A stretch of 64,000 bases of DNA from Phyllobates terribilis (Eukaryota): positions 144,584,001 through 144,648,000 of the forward strand of contig NW_027362768.1 in assembly GCF_046119375.1 (NCBI RefSeq), read 5' to 3'. Position 1 is the stretch's first letter, and each line of letters starts with the position of its first letter. Below the pieces are notes generated by a model. The model saw only the letters and a list, made by a program, of their open reading frames with translations. It was not told the origin of the DNA and ran no database searches. This document shows positions 13,901 to 26,400 of the stretch, piece by piece. The position numbers and the translations under genes were made by a program.

Positions 13901-13977
13901 TCTCACTATAGTATATACCTCGCCCATAAGTATATATATAGAGTCCATTCTCTCACCTGGGGATGTGTCCGGTTCAT
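1782..13977 (-). CDS. LDLRAD1: LDL receptor class A domain-containing protein 1, exons 1-4 (3' exons beyond window start)
   Basis: join(13957..13977, 2421..2484, 2226..2348, 1782..1919) on minus, GT-AG with compatible phases 0/1/1/1. Gives [115 protein letters not shown], matching recalled human LDLRAD1 (MNKVFPQ...CCSRRG-TM...GFLCHDQRSCIPASGVCDG...GEDEDESLC). Synteny with TMEM59 supports the call. Confidence 0.92.
2226..2348 (-). CDS. LDLRAD1: LDLRAD1 exon 3 (type II transmembrane helix)
   Basis: cccag|ATTTGTGC...ACCCCAG|gtatta. Encodes CSRRCVC plus a hydrophobic helix. Confidence 0.9.
2421..2484 (-). CDS. LDLRAD1: LDLRAD1 exon 2
   Basis: ttttactcttgcag|CGGAGAAGT...GAGAAGG|gtaaat, 64 nt. 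Confidence 0.8.
2563..2745. mobile_element. Palindromic Harbinger-type MITE (same family at ~13441..13626)
   Basis: GTTCACAC...CAGTATTT / AAATACTG...GTGTGAAT inverted arms. Confidence 0.55.
3200..3700. repeat. 11-bp minisatellite (CCGAGTTGGGT variants)
   Basis: Tandem units. The 11-aa periodicity in ORFs 3330..3746 and 3341..3592 reflects 3x11 nt. Confidence 0.93.
4303..8297. repeat. ~4-kb 18-bp minisatellite AGGGCT(CT/GT/GC)G(T/C)ATGGACA(C/T), ~220 units, LDLRAD1 intron 1
   Basis: Strict 18-nt period, which produces the 6-aa-periodic giant ORFs. Confidence 0.98.
8726..10398 (-). mobile_element. Full-length Tc1-like DD34E transposon with ~255-bp IR/DR TIRs (Minos-like architecture)
   Basis: TA target duplication at 8724-25 and 10399-400. 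TIR CAACCCCTGGCAAAAATTATGGAATCAC with three AAAAATTATGGAATCA-type repeats per end. Transposase 10041..9019 (340 codons; SDES, QDDN, NPME) is broken only by TAA at 9985-87 and TGA at 9574-76. Confidence 0.93.
11097..13295. repeat. 30-31-bp minisatellite GGGGCCCATTAT(T/A)CTGTATGGAGGACTATGT within a hAT-type MITE (right TIR at ~13280-13295)
   Basis: Tandem array followed by GGCCCTCTGTGTGTTTGAGTTTGGCATCCCTG, the same end as at 55981-56009. Left TIR not identified. Confidence 0.9.
13957..13977 (-). CDS. LDLRAD1: LDLRAD1 coding exon 1 (21 nt, MNRTHPQ)
   Basis: GAAGC-ATG AAC CGG ACA CAT CCC CAG|gtgaga. Equals human MNKVFPQ in length. Phase 0 fits exon 2. Confidence 0.8.
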
Positions 13978-16900
13978 GCTTCCCGTCTGCTTTCTTTCGG
14001 GTTAGTAATTCAGGTTGTAGTTAAACACTTTCCCTCACGAGTCTTATTTCGGTTCCTCCACCTCTTGTGTGCTGATATAAAGGGCTGAGGCTCAGGGCTG
14101 GCCGAGGATCCAGGTCTCCAGGAGACCAGAGAAACACTGAGGACACCACACTCCTGTACACCATTAGTCACCTGCTGGTTAGTGACCGAGGTAAAGACAA
14201 TGAACATGTCTGGTTCAGGATAAGAAATACAGACCCTTTAATTAGGATCTGGGATATGGGGAACAGCTCAGGGTCAATGCTAGGAGGTTATATTGTCAGA
14301 AGCAAAAGCTCTCCATACATTAGACTAATGTCATCCAAACCCACAGATATCGACAGGCTCGGTTGCCCGATTGATGTCCATCAACATCTGATTTCGGACT
14401 GACGATCACTTTGTTTTCCAGGAGATAAGCCGTTGCCAGACATAGAGAACACAGGAGCGCTCGGCCGAACGTGCGCTCCTGTGTATCGGAGAGACGGCCG
14501 AGATGGCTGCCGGCCAAACCATTAGTCGGCCAACAGTCATGTGTACGGCCGGCTTAAAAAAATGTCTTTTAGCTTCCGCCTGACCGGTATGAATCAGTCA
14601 CTGTACATGTCGGGAGCTTTTCCCGACTTAATATAGCCTGATTCTCATGATATATAATCTGTAATTTTGATCTGATCTTTGCATTGGGGCATTGACTGGG
14701 ATTAGTTTTCTCATCCTCATTTGGGACCAATTCAAGGTTTTTGGAGCACTTTTTCTAACACAATTTTTCATGTGGATTTTGAAGGAGGCCCGTACTAAAA
14801 TCCACATTAAAAAAAACGCTTCATATACACTTTGAATACTTTTCAATGGAAAATCCACTTTGCTGTCCATACAGCAAGTTTTATCTCTGACGACGTTTGG
14901 AAAAAAGAAGCGAAATTTTCGATCCACGGAAGATCATTCGGCCCTGAACACAGGAACGCTCATTTGACTCCGCGTCTTCTTCGTTCTCTATGAGAAAGCC
15001 GCCGTCTAACACGGCGGCCAGCGGCTTATCTCAGGGAGAACAATGCGATCAGCAGCCCGAAAAGGGACATGTGCAATTGACATCTTCCCCGACCATCAGT
15101 CGGATGGCGCCTCCATACACATTAGACCGTTGGTCGAACCCATTGATATTGGCAGATGAAAACTGGTGATCAACGCTTGATAAATCTGGACCTTAAAGTT
15201 GATTGTATTTTAGTATTAAATGCTGTACACAAAACGCATTCTTGATCTATTTTTTTTTGCTCCAAGAGCAGAACATCTCCTTTAGCAACCAGACAACAGC
15301 TTTTACCCCTCTCCCCATTGAAACAAACCAGCACGCTCAGCCAAACCGAGCACGCATGTTTATGCTGGAGTTAGGTGAAGCAGCATGTCTATGGTCAGCT
15401 TCATTCGCTGCAAGTTAGTGCTAGGGCTACATGGCGACATGTCACGAAACATTGAGCTCAAGGGCTGGCATTGCATCCAATGATCTCCTATGGTATTCCT
15501 TTATATGGTCCCATGTTGCCTCACTTGCTATAGACTTAAATGCAAGCTTTTTTTTGTGCAGTAAAATTGCAGCTCTAAAATAAGTCACTCAACAGCAAGT
15601 CGAAGCGACAAGTCTGAGAACTGCAGTGGTATAGCCTCGTAAAAATGTCGTCATGCTGTAGAGCAGATCAATATATATTTTTTTAAAATATATGTCAATC
15701 TTTTTTGTATCATACTTACAGGTAGAATATTATGTATTTGTAATAAAACCAGAAAAATAAGAAGTCCAGACGACTTTTAAACCAAATTTCACATTTTGTA
15801 ATTTAATTTTATTAAAGGAAAACTGCAGATTTCCACGTCAAATCCATTGTGAAGAATCAATCCACAGTCCGCGTCCTGAGCAGTTCACGTGACAGATCGG
15901 TTAACATTTTTTTTTTTAAGTCGTCCATAAAGTATTTCTTAAAAGGTGAATTTACCAACATCTTAACTACAACTGTATACATATATAGATTAGTAACTTT
16001 TGCCGTTTTACTGTTTCTGTCTGGATTTTCTCTAGTCAGTGATCGGCTGGTTCGGAAACAGTCAGCTCTCTTTCTCCGCCGTCGGGTATGGGATCTAACA
16101 GTTTAACTCCTTCTGTGTGAAGCTAAGTGCACATCGCATATGTCCCTACTGACACATTGTCATCTTTGGAGATGTGTACGGAGGGGATTGACCAGAGATC
16201 GAGTAGCAGGGGATTATGGAATAGGAGCACATGTTGTATAAATAGAGGATTTTTTTATTTTTACTCGATCTGAATCACCAGCAGAATGCAAGTGAACCAA
16301 TCTGGAATCACAAATGCACCAAATCATGGGGTTTTCCATCTTATTAGGTGATGGCACATAGCCACTGTGGTCCATATTCATCCTGAGAATTAAGGGTCAC
16401 TGCATCCCCTCTGCTGTTGCCTCCCTGCACGGTCACTGTAGCAGAGAGCATGCAGGAGACGCGCCGTGCTTAGAAGAGTTAGAAAGGGTTATAGCACTAC
16501 GTCCCCTTCATTCTCAGGATCAGTGGGGGTCCCAACTATTCATAAAGGGATGGCATATTCTAGGGATATGTGCTCACTTTATGAGACATCCCACAAACCG
16601 TAATGCCCCCTTCCCCTGGCTTCCCAGTGCCTAGACCCTTCCTGCTGGTGGTACAACCATCTCACTCATCTCTGCTATTCATCCTTTCTTCAAAGTGTCT
16701 GTGCGATTAATAGGCTATTAGTCCTTCAGATTACAAAAAAACAAAAACCTAAGTATGTTACTTCTTCCCCTGACACCCTGTATAAGCTATAGATATAATG
16801 TGCTGCCATAGAGGACTCCTTTTCAGGTTTGCATGTGATGCTCCTTTGCACAGTACAAGCTCAGGCTTTATGGATCACTGCTTACATATTAATTGTTCGT

Positions 16901-17319
16901 GTAAGCGGCCACAAGAAGGATTAAGTGAACGCAACATAGAAACGCTGCAAAGCTGAAAAGCGAGTCCTCACCATGGAGCATAGGACATAAAAAGAGACAA
17001 AAGCAGATTCACACCAAGATCAGAAGATCACCTAAATGTAAAGAAGAAAGGTTTACAGTAGAGATATGATTAGAAGGAAAAAGTAAGAAACTACCCACCC
17101 CGAAAACTAAGCGATCACTTCACATCCGTCATAGGATGCCCCCCCTCCCCGGATGTAGTTCTAACCTATAATATAAAGTCCACATCAGAGAGTTCCCTAT
17201 CCCTGAAGCCACCCGTGGGAATGAAATCTGACAGGCAAGCAGCTCGATTCCATCCACATTGCAACAGATGCCCCTTTAAGTGGTGGCGTGGAGAGAGAAG
17301 AGTGGGCTGGGACGCCGGC

Positions 17320-17475
17320 CTATATGGCCGACTTGGCCAGGTCCACTTTAGTTGGTAAAGGTCCAGCATCTTCATTTTCTTGGGGAAGACCATGGACCAC
17401 TACGAGGGACGCAGGAGGGTATTTGTGAAGCTTCTGCTCGTTCAGGTATTCCAAATCTCCATAGATGCTCAGTTT
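17320..17475 (-). CDS. TMEM59: TMEM59 exon 8 (cytosolic tail, stop)
   Basis: gtcttttag|[54 protein letters not shown]. Confidence 0.95.
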   Translation of the reverse strand, partial: KLSIYGDLEYLNEQKLHKYPPASLVVVHGLPQENEDAGPLPTKVDLAKSAI

Positions 17476-20400
17476 CTAAAAGACAAACGAGTTCATGAAA
17501 AGCCGTCACCAACACAAAGATTATCTCACATTCATATACACTATTATTGCACTTCTATATTAAGGGCCACTCCTGTCCATGGGCCGCCTGACACTGCAGA
17601 TCAGCCCCACTGAAGTGAATAAATTGCAATACCAAGCACAGCCAAATTCAACAAGTGGCGCTGTTCTTGAAAAAAAAACAAAAAAAACATTTCTTCCAAT
17701 CCAGGACAAACCTTTTAAAGGGAACCTGCCTGGAGACCGCAGATAGCATGAACCAGACGGACACACACGAGCGAGACCTGTCGTTCAAATAAGAGTGGTG
17801 CGGGGAAGAGGCAAGCTAGTCTTGTCTATTCCTATACTCGCACGCCAGCTCTTCAAACTAGTTTTTCTTGGAAATGCCTGTGGTTTGGGGAGCATGAATC
17901 AAATAAAGGTCAACTTTAAGTATTTGTGTATTACTTGTTTTATGCCCTTTTTTCTATAAAAAATAAAAAAAGCAATTGCTAGATAAAGTTGTGTTTTTTT
18001 CTTGGTGTTTTCTAGTGCTTAAAAGGTTTGTGCTAAAATAATATTGCAACCACAAAAAATGGTTGGTGAAATTGTACTTGGGTTTTATGATCTGATCATT
18101 ATCACAATCCTACAAACTGTAGTCAAACAACAGCTTTGTGAGCTTTGCTGCTCGTGTACCGATCGGTACCAGGATTTACTGATAGTAGGCAAGGAAAGAA
18201 ATCAGATCTCAAAACAAACTAACTTGCCAGCACGGGAAGGACACAGGACTGAACGATGTGGCTCCCCTGCCTGCCCACAAGCATTTAGGGTAGCACTCAA
18301 CTTTTTTTTTTTTTATAACTCATCCTGTCACTATTTCGCCAGTCTATATAATTCAGGAGGTATTATCTTAGTTATCCTCTCCTTTCCATCTGAAAATTCA
18401 TGGTATACGGCTCATCAGTTGGTTCAATTGTGCAAAAATTTGCAACTTTTTACAAACTTTGTGCTGACTGTGCATATTTTAGAAAAAGTGTGCAGGGCTT
18501 CGCAAGGCCTCCCCACACCATGACATGTTTCCAAAATTGTATAATGTAGCCCAAACCTGGCACAGACTTGATTTTATGGTGCAAGGCCAACCCGGATTGC
18601 ATATAATTTATTTCCTCTCCAGAGGAGAGCACACGAGTAGGAAAACCCCTTTAAATTATATATTTTCCCCAACCACTAGGAGTAGATTAGGGGCTCAACT
18701 ACATTCATAGAAGACAATTCAAATGCGGCCCCTAGTGGTTGCAAAATATTATAATTTAAAGGGGTTGCACATCACTATTTTGATGACTGATCCCAAAGAA
18801 AAATGATCAATATCGGATTGATGAGGTCCTGGGTACTGCGCGTCACCTCCTATTCATTTGGATAGTAGCAGATCTGGGGGGCAAGCATTAAACAGTGACT
18901 GAGCTCTGTATACTGTTTTCATGTGGCCCCTGGCAGAGTTGGTAACAGATGATTAGTGGGGTTGATGGATGTTGGGTCCCTGCCAATCAGATATTCATGA
19001 CCAATCCTAGGGATAGGTTATCAATATCATGGATTTGGAAAACCCTTTTAAACTTTATGTCCTTCCAAGGAATTTCAACCTATGGAACAGAAAAACTGAA
19101 CTTCTCCCTATGAAGATGTATAAAGTTCAGCAAAGACCAATAAATCATGTGAGATTAAAAACCTGCAGACTAGTAAGAAGCTTTTTTTTTTCTTCCAGAT
19201 TCCAGGCAATTATGTGGCTACTGGCTATAAAAACAGGTTAAGCCGGGCCAGCGTCATTGTGTACAGCCATATAACCTCATTATTGGAGCAGACTTACCTC
19301 CGAAGGAATATACTGGTCCGACGCAGTTGCTACTGTTGCACAGCAAATCCAGAGGAGAACCAGGACAGACAGCAACAATGTCGCCGTCAGAAGCCAATTG
19401 GAATTCCTGAATAAGAAAAACAACAATTATATCAAATGCCAAAATGATGAATGTTGGACCGGCATTACCGGACTTGTGCCTTCTTGTTTAGTATAGCAGC
19501 ATCTTCGTCTTTCTGAAACGATTGCAGAGATAACGCTGTACTGGAATTACATTTATTTCGGTTGTATTGTAATTCCCAGAACAAGTTGCACAACCCGTTC
19601 ATTCCAGGAGTCAGTAAAGTTCTGAAAGCCTGGACCCCCACCATTGATAAGATGTTAAAATTCCATCTTATTATTATACTATGGTGGGGAACAATTATAT
19701 ATAGAAAATCTGCTTGTGGCTGTAAAACTGGCTTCAGCAGGAGCCTTCCCTCCCCGACCTGAAGTTAAAAAAAGTCACCAGCAGAAATCCTGAAAATAAC
19801 TAAGTTTACTTACCCTTTGCATCTACTCAGCTCCCCAGAGCTCTCGATTGACAGGCTGAAGCAGTGACATAGTGCAGCCAATCACTGGCCTCACCATCTT
19901 GTGCAATCTACCTTAACATTAAAGGGGTTTTGCAGGACTATTTTATTTTTTCCCTATTGGGCTAAGAATTGACAGGTAGGTAGTTGCCAACTACATCAAT
20001 GTCAACAGAGCAGCTCTACCTCTTTGACAGGCTGTGACTGCTGACATCATGCTGATTGACAGCCGGCTCCCTGCAGTTAGGCAGCGGAAAGCCAGCTGTC
20101 AAGAAGCATGCCATCAGCAGTGACGTCCAAACAGAGCAGTGCGGAAGAGAAGCAGATGCGTGATAGAAGCTACCGAATCGCCATCGGGAGCGGTACCCAC
20201 TCAGAGCTGACAGAGATCAACGCCAGGCACAAGAGGTAGGTAGTTGGCAACTACCTGACTGTAAAGTTCTTAGGTCTATAAAAAACAAACAAAAAAAAAA
20301 ACAAAATAAATAATCCCAGGTAATCCCTTTGCTAGTGACTGGATGCAGTGGTCATGTGCTGTTAATCACTGCATGCATCATTTTCAAGTCAAAGAAGTAG

Positions 20401-23400
20401 AGTTCCTGCTCTATAGCCATCCAAAATCCCACACGTGCTCCGCATGCTGGGTATATTTGCCCTGTATTTCTCATATATGGCAAAAAAAAAAGCTTCACTA
20501 TGCATGTGCCATAAATAAAAGACAATAGTGCAGGAGTTTCGGACCAGCTTGGTATGTCGCAAATCTGCTGATTTCAACCTGCTGCATTACAAGATAATGC
20601 ATAGGGTGAAATATGTGGAGGAGTGAGCGTGCTGCAGATTTATAAACCCGCAGGATGCTCTGATTCTTGTGTAGATTTTTTCCATTACCTATGGACAGGG
20701 TTTTGAAGAACCCATTTATCTACTACTAGATGGTGGCCTGATTCTAACGCATCGGGTATTCTAGCATATGTCTCCCGACCCTCCTTTATAATGTCCCATG
20801 CAGGATGTTACATCCCCCCCCTCCCTTATAATGCCCCATGCAGGAAGCCACATCCCCCCTATATAATACCCCATGCAGGATGTCACATCCCCCGTATATA
20901 ATACCCCATGCAGGATGTCACATCCCCCCTATATAATGCCCCATGCAGGATGTCATATCCCCCTATAGTGCCCCATGCAGGATGTCACCCCCCCCCCCAA
21001 TATAATACCCCATGCAGGATGTCACATCTCTCCATAGTGCCCAATGCAGGCTGTCACATCCCCCCAATATAATACCCCATGCAGGATGTCACATCCCCCG
21101 TATATAATACCCCATGCAGGATGTCACATCCCCACTATATAATGCCCTATGCAGGAATTCACATCCCTCTATATAGTACCCCATGCAGGATGTTACATAC
21201 CCCTATAGTGCCCCATGCAGGATGTCACATCTCTCCATAGTGCCCCATGCAGGCTGTCACATCTCTCCATAGTGCCCCATGCAAGCTATCACATCCCCCG
21301 TATATAATACCCCATGCAGGATTTCACATCCCCCGTATATAATACCCCATGCAGGATTTCACATCCCCCGTATATAATACCCCATGCAGGATTTCACATC
21401 CCCCGTATATAATACCCCATGCAGGATGTCATATCCCCCCTATATAATGCTCCATGCAGGAAGTCACATCCCCCCTATATAATACCCCATGTAGGATGTC
21501 ACATCTCACTATAGTGCCCCATGCAGGATGTCACATCCCCCCTATATAATACCCCATGTAGGATGTCACATCTCTCCATAGTGCCCCATGCAGGCTGTCA
21601 CATCCCCCCTATATAATACCCCATGCAGGATGTCACATCCCCCGTATATAATACCCCATGCAGGATGTCACATCCCCCGTATATAATACCCCATGCAGGA
21701 TGTCACATCCCCACTATATAATACCCCATGCAGGATGTCACATCCCCACTATATAATACCCCATGAAGGATGTCACATCTCTCCATATAGTGCCCCATGC
21801 AGGCTGTCACATCCCCCCTATATAATACCCCATACAGGATGTCACATCCCCCGTATATAATACCCCATGCAGGATGTCACATCCCCCGTATATAATACCC
21901 CATGCAGGATGTCACATCCCCACTATATAATACCCCATGCAGGATGTCACTTCCCCCTATAGTGCCCCATGCAGGATGTCACATCCCCCTATATAATACC
22001 CCATGCAGGATGTCACATCTCTCCATAGTGCCCCATGCAGGCTGTCACATCCCCCCATAGTGCCCCATGCAGGTCCCCTACGGCCCCATACAAAAAAAAA
22101 AATCCAATACTCACCTCACTGCTTCTCTGGACTCCAGCGTAGCCGGCATCTTCCCGCTGTGCGCTGTGACCGCTCAGGAGAGAGCGTGGTGTAAAGACGT
22201 CACCGCGCCCTCTGACCTGAGACGTCACAGAGCATCAGCGGAAGACACAGGAGCTGCTGCGGAGGCACGGGGAGGGGTAAGTATGACGCCGGGTGCCGGG
22301 GTCCTGATCGAGCGGGGGGAGGGACGGGAGGAGTGGGGAGGGGAGAGGAGGGGCGTCACACTCGTCCTCGGGAGATAAGCGGCCGTAGCCGCTGATCTTC
22401 CGACGATAGCCGCATGTAGGTCAGAAGCCTGCGCTCAGGGGACTTATGCTGCGAGCAGCCGGCTGCATCTCCCTGCTGCATTGCCGCTGACCTCCGTGCT
22501 GCATATGAGCCACTAATGGCCGCCATGTTTTTCTGAAATGCTGCGTCGCTGATTGGCCGCGGCCGGACCAATCAGCGACCCGGGATTTCCTGGACGGACA
22601 AACAGACAGACAGACAGACGGGATAAGACAATTATATAGATAGATTTTTCTGTAAGTGGAAGAGACCATACCATTATCACTTCAGGTATTTATTTCATTA
22701 ACTTACATTGAGAAGCACTTCATTATCCCTTCTCCTCCATCTAACTCCAGAATGTCAGCTCTTCTGCTCCACAGGCCCTCGCCCACCGATTTTCTACCTC
22801 CAAAATTTGCTGCAGGTTAGAAAGAAAGTTGATTCTCGTGGTCTCAAACGCTAAAACGATTCTCCTAACTGAATGAGCTTCATAGTGGACTTACAAGACA
22901 TGGCGTCCAGCATGTTGCCCCTCGCTGAAGGGTCTTCTGCCTGCAGTGGTGGCATCTGTTGAATTTCTGGCGGAGACTGAAACAAGAGAAGAAGTAAAAC
23001 ATGTAATAATCAAGTGACCAAAAAAGTTCTGCCAAGGTAGATGTGTAATGTGAGAGATGGCAGATTGAGAGGTTTCAGTAGTATCCGAGTCTCCACTTAT
23101 TAGATTTTTTTTTTCTTTACAAGGAATAAAAAAGAAGGATTGAAAAGTAAAGGACCCCTGATCTGATTATCCCATCATCTAATTTCCTTCTATTAAACTG
23201 AGAGAAGGTGTAGGACTTACAAAAAAACATGGAAATCTTTTGTCCTCTCTGCTAACATAAAGAGTGGTGGCGGACTTTTTTTTTTTTTCAATTACAGGCA
23301 GGTCACTTATTAACACGAAGGGGCAAATTCCCTTGAAAACCTGCTGTGGATCTGCTGTACTGCCGCTGCAAATTCGCGGTAGAAATCTGAGGGTCCAGTT

Positions 23401-26400
23401 GTTTAAAGAAATGCACCTTTGACCATACCTTTGGGGTATCTTATCGAGTCAGGGATGTCTGGATTGGATATCTGCTGATTGTGCATGCGCCCTTACAGGT
23501 ATGGGCAAACCCAAAGTCATCCTGATGCAGAAGGGAGCGACGACAGACAACCCCTTTAAATTACAAGAAACTACGTAAGCAGAGATGAAGCTTGTTGCCA
23601 AGTTACATTGTACGTACCTGCACCACGAGGATGCGTCCATTATCGGCCTGTATGAAGAAAGTCCAGGAGGAGCTCATGAAGTTCTGTGTAGAGTCCATCA
23701 TATCACTCCAGAAAGCTCTTACCATGGTCAGAGGAAATAGGATATGGATCCGTGGCACCATGTCAGAGAGCTGCAGCGACAACCCGAAAAATAATAAAAA
23801 GAATTATTATTTATTCTCGCATGCGTCTCACTGAAACCACAATTACTTTAAAAGGGAGAGACGAAGTCTTTAAAATCCACAGATCTTTCCTGGAAGAAAG
23901 ACATGTTCCCTACCGTGCCCACCACACTGGTAATGTGGAAACTATTCAAATGAATGAACCTGGAGGGCTCAAGTCCACAGGAGCAGCTTTCCAAGATCAT
24001 AGAGCAGGTGGCAAGCAAGAGCTGGTGGCTCAGTAACGTAAGCTCCTGCCTGTAATGTTAAGTACTGTATGTGGGTTCGAGACCTGGGGAGACTAAAGGG
24101 GGAAAAAAAATGTATGTATGTACACACACAGTACAGACCAAAAGTTTGGACACACCTTCTCATTTAAAGATTTTTCTGCATTTTCCTGACCATGAAAATT
24201 GTACATTCACACTGAAGGCATCAAAACTATGAATTAACACATGTGGAATTATACAGGGTGGTCCAAAAGTAGGTGGACAGAAAGTGTAATAAGGTTATGA
24301 AGGGGGGAGATTCATCAAACACTAAATTGCAGCTGGATCATCCTCCAATAAACCATGAATTAGACGTGGATGATAAGCTTTCCACCCAATAGATTTTAGG
24401 ATTCACATGATAGAAGCTCGTGAAATTCCCAATTCCAATGAGGCTCTTCTGGTGGACTTTTTTGGACTCTGAACAAATGTTTCAGCAACAAGTTGTTTAT
24501 TATCTTCTGTACAGACTGTTTGGGGTCGACCAGTTTTTGGAGCATTAAGGATTGAGCCAGTGGCATTGAATTTGTCACGAATGCGGTAAATGGTTTGTCT
24601 CTTTGGGGCTTGAGTACCAAATGTTTCAACCCAATTTGCTCTAATGGTTTCAGCATTTTGAGACTTCCAATACTCTGTTAAAATCCATTTTCTTTGATCT
24701 GTATTTAAATTATTTGCCATTATGTGTTATCTGAATTATCTGAAAAGAAAACAGATTTGGGGGAGATCTATCTGTGAAAACTAGATCTGTGAAACTGGCT
24801 CAGTTGTCCTTAGCAACCAATCAAATTCCACCTTTCATTTTCCAAAGAGTCTGTGAGGAATGAAAAGTGGAATCTGATTGGTTGCTAAGAGCAACTGAGC
24901 CAGTTTCACTTTACACCATGTTTGATAAATCTCCCCCTTCATAACCTTATTACACTTTCTGTCCATCTACTTTTGGACCACCCGGTATACTTAACAAAAA
25001 AGTGTGAAACAACTGAAAATATGTCTTATATTCTTGGTTCTTCAAAGTAGCCACCTTTTGCTTTGATGATTGCTTTGCACACTCTTGGCATTCTCTTGAT
25101 GAGCTTCAAGAGGTAGTCACCGGAAATGGTTTTCACTTCACAGGTGTGCCCTGTCAGGTTTAATAAGTGGGATTTCTTGCCTTATAAATGGGGTTGGGAC
25201 CATCAGTTGTATTGTGCAGAAGTCATGTGGATACACAGCTGATAGTCCTACTGAATAGACTGTTAGAATTTGTATTATGGCGAGAAAAAAGCAGCTAAGT
25301 AAAGACCTCCACAGTCACCAGACCTGAACCCAATCGAGATGGTTTGGGGTGAGCTGGACCGCAGAGTGAAGGCAAAAGGGCCAACAAGTGCTAAGCATCT
25401 CTGGGAACTCCTTCAAGATTGTTGGAAGACCATTTCCGGTGACTACCTCTTGAAGCTCATCAAGAGAATGCCAAGAGTGTGCAAAGCAGTCATCAAAGCA
25501 AAAGGTGGCTACTTTGAAGAACCTAGAATATAAGACATATTTTCAGTTGTTTCACACTTTTTTGTTAAGTATATAATTCCACATGTGTTAATTCATAGTT
25601 TTGATGCCTTCAGTGTGAATGTACAATTTTCATAGTCATGAAAATACAGAAAAATCATTAAATGAGGGGTGTCCAAACTTTTGGTCTGTACTGTATATAT
25701 CTATGAGAATGACACCAACTCCTTGAGAAAGTCGAGGGCAAAGCGTATGTCGGACTCCGGCATCATATGCTATTTTATCTTTGTAATATGTATATGCAGT
25801 GTATCTCTACACTGCTCAAAAAAAATAAAGGGAACACTCAAATAACACATCCTAGATCTGAATGAATGAAATATTCTCATTGAATACTTTGTTCTGTACA
25901 AAGTTGAATGCGCTGACAACAAAATCACACAAAAATCATCAATGGAAATCAAATTTATTAACCAATGGAGGTCTGGATTTGGAATCACCCCCAAAATTAA
26001 AGTGGAAAAACACACTACAGGCTGATCCAACTTTGATGTAATGTCCTTAAACCAAGTCAAAATGAGTCTCAGTATTGTGTGTGGCCTCCACGTTCCGGTA
26101 TGACCTCCCTACAACGCCTGGGCATGCTCCTGATGAGGTTGCGGATGGTCTCCAGTGGGATCTCCTCCCAGACCTGGACTAAAGCATCCGCCAACTCCTG
26201 GACATTCTGTGGTGCAACGTGACATTGGTGGATGGAGCGAGACATGATGTCCCAGATGTGCTCAATCAGATTCAGGTCTGGAGAACGGGCGGGCCAGTCC
26301 ATAGCTTCAATGCCTTCATCTTGCAGGAACTGCTGACACACTCCAGCCACATGAGGTCTGGCATTGTCCTGCATTAGGAGGAACCCATAGCCAACCGCAC

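Noticed and set aside
14030-14110. TTTATA TATA-like motif ~110 bp upstream of the LDLRAD1 ATG
   Set aside because: Plausible core promoter, but the motif is degenerate and no TSS data are available, so it is not asserted.
17166-17393. 75-aa minus [11 protein letters not shown]...
   Set aside because: Alternative frame overlapping TMEM59 exon 8 and the 3' UTR; no independent support.
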